Origin: Trueperaceae bacterium
GTDB taxonomy: Bacteria; Deinococcota; Deinococci; Deinococcales; Trueperaceae
NCBI GenBank assembly: GCA_965213705.1
Contig: OZ243913.1
Span: forward strand, 1,216,001 to 1,280,000
Direction: 5' to 3'
Length of the DNA stretch: 64,000 bases
Below the pieces are notes generated by a model, which saw only the letters and a program-made list of their open reading frames with translations, was not told the origin of the DNA and did no database searches. How positions within the stretch are numbered: position 1 is the stretch's first letter; each line of letters begins with the position of its first letter. A program made the position numbers and the translations under genes. This document shows positions 58,796-64,000 of this stretch, piece by piece.

Positions 58796-60052
58796 CTAGT
58801 CAGCAGCGTGTTCCCTCGAGCCAGTTGCGGAAAGTGACAGTTCTCTTAGGGTTGGCGAGGCCAGCCCACCCAAACCGACCAAAACCGAAGCGATACCCGA
58901 GAAGGCTATCAGGGCGGTTGACGGTAAAAAAGCGAGGAGCGCACCACCGACAGCTAAACCGAGGGGTGCGCCGCTCACGAGCAAGGTCGAACGCGCCCCA
59001 AACACCCGACCGAGCTGCGCTTTGGGCACGCTGCGCTGCAACAGGGTCGTTTCCAGCGGCGTGTAAGGCCCCCACATCAGACCGCCGAGGAAGAGAATGG
59101 CGCAGGCTGACCAGAGGTTACGAATCAAGACGAGGGGTAAAAGACTTGCACCCCACAACAACGCAATGAGTGGCAGGGCAACCCCCAAACGTAAGTGCTT
59201 ACTGAGGCCCGAGCTGCCGAGCGTACCCAACAACGCGCCGACACCCAAAGATGCCCAGAGGAGACCGTAGCCGCGCGCATCCGTCTGGAGGACGGCGTCA
59301 CTGTAAAGGGGTATAGCGGCTTCCAGGGGGCCGTAAGAGAAAAAAAACACCAAGCTCAACAGCGTGGTGAGTCGCACAACCTTCATGTCCCAGAGTTGAC
59401 GTAATCCGAGACGTTCTGCAAAGGGTATCCGGGCAGTCTGAGCTTGCCTCGTTCGTTGGAGGGTGGGAAGAGTCAGGGCGACGAGCGCCATAATGCCAAA
59501 TGTAACCGCGTCGATAAGAAGCACCGACGGACCTCCGAAGGCTGCGACGAGAACACCGGCAAGGGCAGGACCCAGCATCACAGACAGGTTTACGCTGAAA
59601 GACCACAGCATATTGGCTGCATCCAAATCTTCATCATCTACGAGGTCAGGAAGAATGGTACGCGACCCGACCAGTGTAGCGGGTTGTAAAACACCTGCCA
59701 GCAGACTCAACAAAAAAAGGTGCCAAAGCTCGAGCCCAGCCAGCCAATAAAGAACCGGAATGAGTCCGACAATCAGGGTGCGCAAGCCGTTGTCAAGAGC
59801 AATAATGGTTCGAGGTTGATAACGGTCGATGAGCGAACCGACAACCATACCTGTGACGATGGCGGGAAGTTGAAACGTAAGCAGAATACCTGCGGTGGCT
59901 GTACCCGACCCGGTGGTTTGTAAAACGAACCAGGGAAGCGCGATAAAAGTCATGGAATCGCCGAACAAGGACAGGAACTGACCTAGCCAAAAACGACGGA
60001 AGGTAGGATAGCGGTAGAGCAGAGCAAAGGCTTGCCCTAACTGACTGTTCAC
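58796..60052 (-). CDS. MFS transporter (DHA3-like)
   Basis: FRRFWLGQFLS.FGD, G.LIDRY, LLQ..VP..QLGRV; leaderless start TAAGCT-7 nt-GTG. Confidence 0.9.
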   Translation of the reverse strand: MNSQLGQAFALLYRYPTFRRFWLGQFLSLFGDSMTFIALPWFVLQTTGSGTATAGILLTFQLPAIVTGMVVGSLIDRYQPRTIIALDNGLRTLIVGLIPVLYWLAGLELWHLFLLSLLAGVLQPATLVGSRTILPDLVDDEDLDAANMLWSFSVNLSVMLGPALAGVLVAAFGGPSVLLIDAVTFGIMALVALTLPTLQRTRQAQTARIPFAERLGLRQLWDMKVVRLTTLLSLVFFFSYGPLEAAIPLYSDAVLQTDARGYGLLWASLGVGALLGTLGSSGLSKHLRLGVALPLIALLWGASLLPLVLIRNLWSACAILFLGGLMWGPYTPLETTLLQRSVPKAQLGRVFGARSTLLVSGAPLGLAVGGALLAFLPSTALIAFSGIASVLVGLGGLASPTLRELSLSATGSREHAAD

Positions 60053-60272
60053 AGTAGTCAGCTTAACAAGGGCGACTTACGGAAAGTTGAGGCTTTAGTC
60101 TTAGAAGGACGACTGCCATTTTCGAGGGTATCAGCGATTTTATGTAGAAGCCTATCAAGTAGTCCAGCACCGAAGAGTTGAGCGAACCCGTTTGAGGCTA
60201 GATAAAGAGATTTTTCCTCATGTACCTTACGGAGGTTTGGGTATAAACCCCTCTTCGGTTATTGGTTACGCT

Positions 60273-61214
60273 TCACCACTCCCCAACCGTCTCTTTGAGC
60301 TTTTGGTTGTCGGTGTGGGCGTAGCCCCGAGCCGTGTCGAGCGAGCTGTGCCGCAGGTGGTCGGCCACCAACGCAATATCTCCTTGCTCATGGCGAATGC
60401 GTGTCCCGGCACTGTGCCTGAGCGAATGCACTCCCTTGAAGCGCACCTTCGCCCGCCGGCACACACTCTTCAGCCGGTCATAGACAACCTGACGACTCCG
60501 GCAGGGGAGAAGGTAGCCTTGACGTTCTGTGAGAGGAACCTGCTCGAGCGCCTCGACGAGCGTCTGACTCAAGAACATCGTGCCCTGCTTGCCGCCTTTG
60601 CCCTTTTTGACCGTCAACTTCTTCTCACTCAGCCGGATGTCTTCCCAACGTAACGAGGTCATTTCACTGACACGCAAACCGGCGTGGGCTCCTAAAAGAA
60701 CTATAGATAAGGTATAGCCTTCAGCCACCCGAGTCAGCCATTCGATTTCGTTCAGGGTGTAAGCCTGCCGCTTTTCCCAGGCCGGGGTGAGGTCGCGGCC
60801 GGGTTTGACATCGGCAAAGGGGTCAAACGTGGTAGCACCGCTCCAGCGCAGGGCGGCGTAGAGGGCGCGAGCCGCGGCCAGCTTTACCCGGACGGTGGCG
60901 GGCTTAAACGCGGCTTCGAGTTCCCGGACCCAAAGTACCCCGGCATTTCTTGAGGGTCGCAGCAGCGCCTCACCCGACCACGTGTCGATAAGGTGGAACA
61001 CGTACCTTCGGTAACTCGTCAGGGTGTTGCTGGACACTCTCGAGCCCGCCGAGCCGTGCAGGGTCAGGTGGGCTTCGGTCAACTGCCACAACGCTTCCAA
61101 GTCCCGGTCCCTTGCTGCTTCGGCGGCGAACCGGTGCAGGTCCTCTTCGCTCAGAAGCGCCAAGTCTCGAGTCCTTGCCATGAGGTTGGTATTGACTTTT
61201 GCCAGGTCGCTCAT
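60273..61214 (-). CDS. Tyrosine recombinase
   Basis: AGLRVSE, KGKGGK, HSLRH, LRH, TARGY; ATG overlaps the PIN gene stop. Confidence 0.92.
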   Translation of the reverse strand: MSDLAKVNTNLMARTRDLALLSEEDLHRFAAEAARDRDLEALWQLTEAHLTLHGSAGSRVSSNTLTSYRRYVFHLIDTWSGEALLRPSRNAGVLWVRELEAAFKPATVRVKLAAARALYAALRWSGATTFDPFADVKPGRDLTPAWEKRQAYTLNEIEWLTRVAEGYTLSIVLLGAHAGLRVSEMTSLRWEDIRLSEKKLTVKKGKGGKQGTMFLSQTLVEALEQVPLTERQGYLLPCRSRQVVYDRLKSVCRRAKVRFKGVHSLRHSAGTRIRHEQGDIALVADHLRHSSLDTARGYAHTDNQKLKETVGEW

Positions 61215-61627
61215 CCGGGCACCTCGACCCTGAGATAAGCGAAACGAGCAAAGTGTTTGCGGTTGAAGGCATAAATTGTTTCCGGCCCTTCTGCGAACAG
61301 TTGGGCGGCAATACAAGCGTCGATAAAGTCTACGTTCTTTTCCTCGTACCACACAGCCGCTTGCAACAGCTGGTCGTTCGCCTCAACCTTCAGACCCGGC
61401 GTGTTGAGCACGGCCAATACTGCGTCACGCACTTGGCGCTTGGACTTTTTGTAAAAACTTTCCAGCGTCCACACAATTTCGGCGATGACAAGTTTGCTGG
61501 TCGTCAGTTCGGTCTCACCGGCTTCGGCACGCTCAAGCAGCCGTTCTACGGCGTCCGCCTGCTCGGGTACGTCGTTAGTCAAGTACCTCAAGAACAAGTT
61601 GGCGTCGACGAAGGCACGTTCAGCCAT
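61211..61627 (-). CDS. vapC: PIN-domain toxin
   Basis: FVDANLFLRYL, VIAEIVWTL, DFIDA, F.RKHF. Confidence 0.9.
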   Translation of the reverse strand: MAERAFVDANLFLRYLTNDVPEQADAVERLLERAEAGETELTTSKLVIAEIVWTLESFYKKSKRQVRDAVLAVLNTPGLKVEANDQLLQAAVWYEEKNVDFIDACIAAQLFAEGPETIYAFNRKHFARFAYLRVEVPG

Positions 61628-61874
61628 CGTCGTCGTCAACCTCGGGTTTGGCTCTGGTAGCTTTTACAGCCGCGCGCACGTGCTCGAAATCCTGTGGCCC
61701 ATCAACCTCGACCGAACCGCGCAGGCTGCGCAAAGTATTGACTAAGGGTTGCAAGGTCACATCGTCACCTTTTACGACAAACGCAACCCGTTGACCTTCC
61801 TCGAGCCGCAACCGCTCCGGAACTTCACGCGGCAAAGTGAGTTGTCCGCGTCGGCCAAGTTTGGCTGTTGTCAT
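61620..61874 (-). CDS. AbrB/MazE-type antitoxin
   Basis: AKLGRRGQLTLPREV; GGAGG RBS. Confidence 0.88.
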   Translation of the reverse strand: MTTAKLGRRGQLTLPREVPERLRLEEGQRVAFVVKGDDVTLQPLVNTLRSLRGSVEVDGPQDFEHVRAAVKATRAKPEVDDDDG

Positions 61875-62014
61875 AGCAACCTCCCAAAAAAGTAAAACGC
61901 ACCGCAAAATTAGGTATGACTGTCATATTTCATTTTAGCAGCAAATAAATACAGTTACAAGAGCACATCAGATTATCCAGGCGCTTTTGCTTGTTGTGAA
62001 TGTTAATACTAAAA

Positions 62015-62042
62015 TACATACATAACAAACATTATGTAGGTT
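62015..62042. other. dif-like tyrosine recombinase site, family 3
   Basis: TACATACATAA-CAAACA-TTATGTAGGTT; arms 9/11 inverted. Confidence 0.65.
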
Positions 62043-62203
62043 CTTATAACGGAGCGCCAAAGACTAGCGAATTGAACCAATCTGCGAAACATAACCGTTT
62101 GTCTCTTTAGCTACGCTTGAATGTAAAATGGATATGCTCGATGGATTGGTTATTTGACATAAAATGGCAAAATAGTGAGATGAGTTAGAGGAGCTGGTTC
62201 TCA

Positions 62204-62449
62204 ATGACGTTAACCAAAACGGTGAGCATCGACCGCAACGGGCGGGTCACCATCCCGGTTGAGGTAAGAGAAGCGCTGGGACATTCGGACCTGCTCCTGA
62301 CTTACGAGAACGGTCGCGTCATCTTAGACTCTCGCAGTTCGTTGCTCGAGCAGCTTTACCAAGCGGTGGGTGAGCCGCCCGAGGAGGGTCTCGTGAGTGA
62401 AGAGCTTATCGCCGAGCGCCGGGCCGAGGCCGAGCGGGAAGCCGAGTAG
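62204..62449 (+). CDS. AbrB/MazE-type antitoxin
   Basis: IDRNGRVTIPVEVREALG; paralogue of 27980-28237. Confidence 0.88.
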   Translation: MTLTKTVSIDRNGRVTIPVEVREALGHSDLLLTYENGRVILDSRSSLLEQLYQAVGEPPEEGLVSEELIAERRAEAEREAE

Positions 62450-62837
62450 TGGCAGTCCACGACGCTTCGAGTTTGTTGGCTGTTGCTTTTAGGGAACCGG
62501 GAGCGGAGGTCGCGCTGTCAAAGCTGGCCGGTTCGCTCATCAGCAGCGTCAACTGGAGCGAGGTGGTGCAAAAGTGGCGCGCCGTGGTGGCCGGACCGAG
62601 ACCTTAGCGACCCTGTTCGAGGGGCTGGGTGTCAAGGTGGTGCCTTTCGAAAGAGTGACCGCTGAGCGTGCTGCCTCGCTCTATGAGTTGACGAAACATT
62701 TAGGCTTGTCGCTTGGCGACCGCGCGTGTTCAGCGCTGGGGTTGGAGCGCGGTCTCGAAGTGGTGTGCGCCGACCGTGCCTGGGCACAGCTTGAACTGGA
62801 TGTGCCCAGGCACGGTCATTTGGTGAGGCTTAGGTGA
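62449..62837 (+). pseudogene. vapC: PIN-domain toxin, 1-nt deletion near 62572
   Basis: VHDASSLLA...EPG...VNWSEVVQK continues in another frame to GLSLGDRAC, ADRAW. Confidence 0.85.
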
Positions 62838-63244
62838 GGCTCGAGCTGACAAACCTCAAAGCGGGTCGCTGGGACGAAGCCGAAGCCAGGGCTTACCTGC
62901 AACTGGTGCAGGTCACGGCGCAGCGACTCCGCTCCATCGACCGCGAAGAGTATCCTGTGTTCGTGCGGCTGGAGGAACGCTTGAACGACGGCTACCTGTT
63001 CAACAAAGGCGCGCGGGGTGCGTCTCGCTCTTTGCTATTAGAGGCAAGCATTAAAGCCCTGGACAAACCTCACATCCAACCCCAAGACCTCGTCAACATC
63101 CTCACGATGTTGCGCCGTGAGGAGCGGATGATTCCTTTTATGGGTTCACTGGCAAACGCAAAGGATTTCAACGACGTCCGGCTCGAGCCCCGGTGGGAAT
63201 GGTTGCACGCTGGCAGCGTAGAGTCGGACGTAGAAAAGGCGTGA
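62834..63244 (+). CDS. Hypothetical protein
   Basis: Start overlaps the vapC end; host-like codon usage. Confidence 0.55.
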   Translation: MRLELTNLKAGRWDEAEARAYLQLVQVTAQRLRSIDREEYPVFVRLEERLNDGYLFNKGARGASRSLLLEASIKALDKPHIQPQDLVNILTMLRREERMIPFMGSLANAKDFNDVRLEPRWEWLHAGSVESDVEKA

Positions 63245-63352
63245 CGACGTTGAGCTGCAACTTCGGCCCGTGGCTGTTGGGCGGTTCGGCGCTGACACCA
63301 CGCCCTGGTGTGAGTAACGCTCCACAGGTCGGTTACGTGAAAGAGAGTCGGA

Positions 63353-64000
63353 ATGGCTAACTTGTATCCGAGGTGTGATGACTGTAAGGCGAGTACCGAC
63401 GGTGAGCACTACCTGGTTCACGACGCTGCCTGGTTCGAGGCCTGCCCGTGGTTGTGCCTCGGCTGTCTGGAAATAAGGCTGGAAAGGCGGCTGGTCCCGA
63501 GCGACTTTCAGCCCATCAACCTCAACTTCAACCCGCTCATCGAGGACAGGTCCGAACGCTTTCAGAACCGGGTGGGCTTGGACGAATTTCCGGTTCAAAA
63601 CGACCCCGAGGTGTTCGACGCGATCTACGCCCACTTCCCCTTTCTCAAGAACCATCCCCTGGACTTGAACGGCGGCTTCATCGACGAGGCGCGCAGCCTG
63701 GGGAAGTTGCAACGTCCCGACCTGCTGGGTTTCGTCATGGCCTATGAACTGGAACGCGAACCCTACCCCGGAGACTTTCCTTTTCTCACCCCAGAGCAAA
63801 ACCGGCAGCTCTGCTGTTACCGAGAACTACGACCGGTCATCCCCTGGCCGCAACCCCTCATGGCCCTGGTCCAGCGAGCAGACGGGCAACTGGTGACGGG
63901 GGACATCCAGAAGGTGACGGTGGTGCTTAAAAACGCCGGCAACACCCAGGTGTGGTTTGGAGGTGACACGGCCGTGCTCTGGGAAGCGTTCTTCGACCGG
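63353..64000 (+). CDS. Hypothetical protein with N-terminal phage-like zinc finger, runs off the window
   Basis: Open frame MANLYPRCDDC...YLVHD..W...LCLGCLE.RL.RRL.P.DF to the window end; not in the ORF track. Confidence 0.65.
   Translation, partial: MANLYPRCDDCKASTDGEHYLVHDAAWFEACPWLCLGCLEIRLERRLVPSDFQPINLNFNPLIEDRSERFQNRVGLDEFPVQNDPEVFDAIYAHFPFLKNHPLDLNGGFIDEARSLGKLQRPDLLGFVMAYELEREPYPGDFPFLTPEQNRQLCCYRELRPVIPWPQPLMALVQRADGQLVTGDIQKVTVVLKNAGNTQVWFGGDTAVLWEAFFDR

Overview
Mosaic accessory region with no core housekeeping genes. It looks like a plasmid, chromid or genomic island of a Deinococcota bacterium (inferred from many leaderless genes, abundant CTCGAG and a plasmid-type parA/parG remnant). 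Left to right it holds: a defence island (GmrSD-like nuclease, DUF6508, type I R-M with a YhcG insert and frameshifted hsdS/hsdR, M48 peptidase, and a patatin/CD-NTase/E2 CBASS); a ROK-regulated alpha-glucan ABC + GH31 operon resembling the cycloalternan uptake/degradation pathway; an unusual BlaI operon whose BlaR1-type M56 protease is fused to a family-5 ABC peptide-binding protein, followed by permeases and an M14 peptidase; a GAF-GGDEF-EAL gene; a GAF-kinase/NarL/SDR/QueA-like module; and an AnmK/peptide-ABC/GntR module. Scattered through it are two tyrosine recombinases, seven toxin-antitoxin pairs plus an orphan antitoxin, HNH genes, several gene remnants and an IS982-like MITE. Six intergenic dif-like sites (11-bp arms around a 6-bp spacer, one with 5 bp) in three families lie at module boundaries and next to both recombinases, suggesting a pdif-like cassette-shuffling system. 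No rRNA, tRNA or CRISPR array was seen. All family calls come from motif recognition, not database searches.
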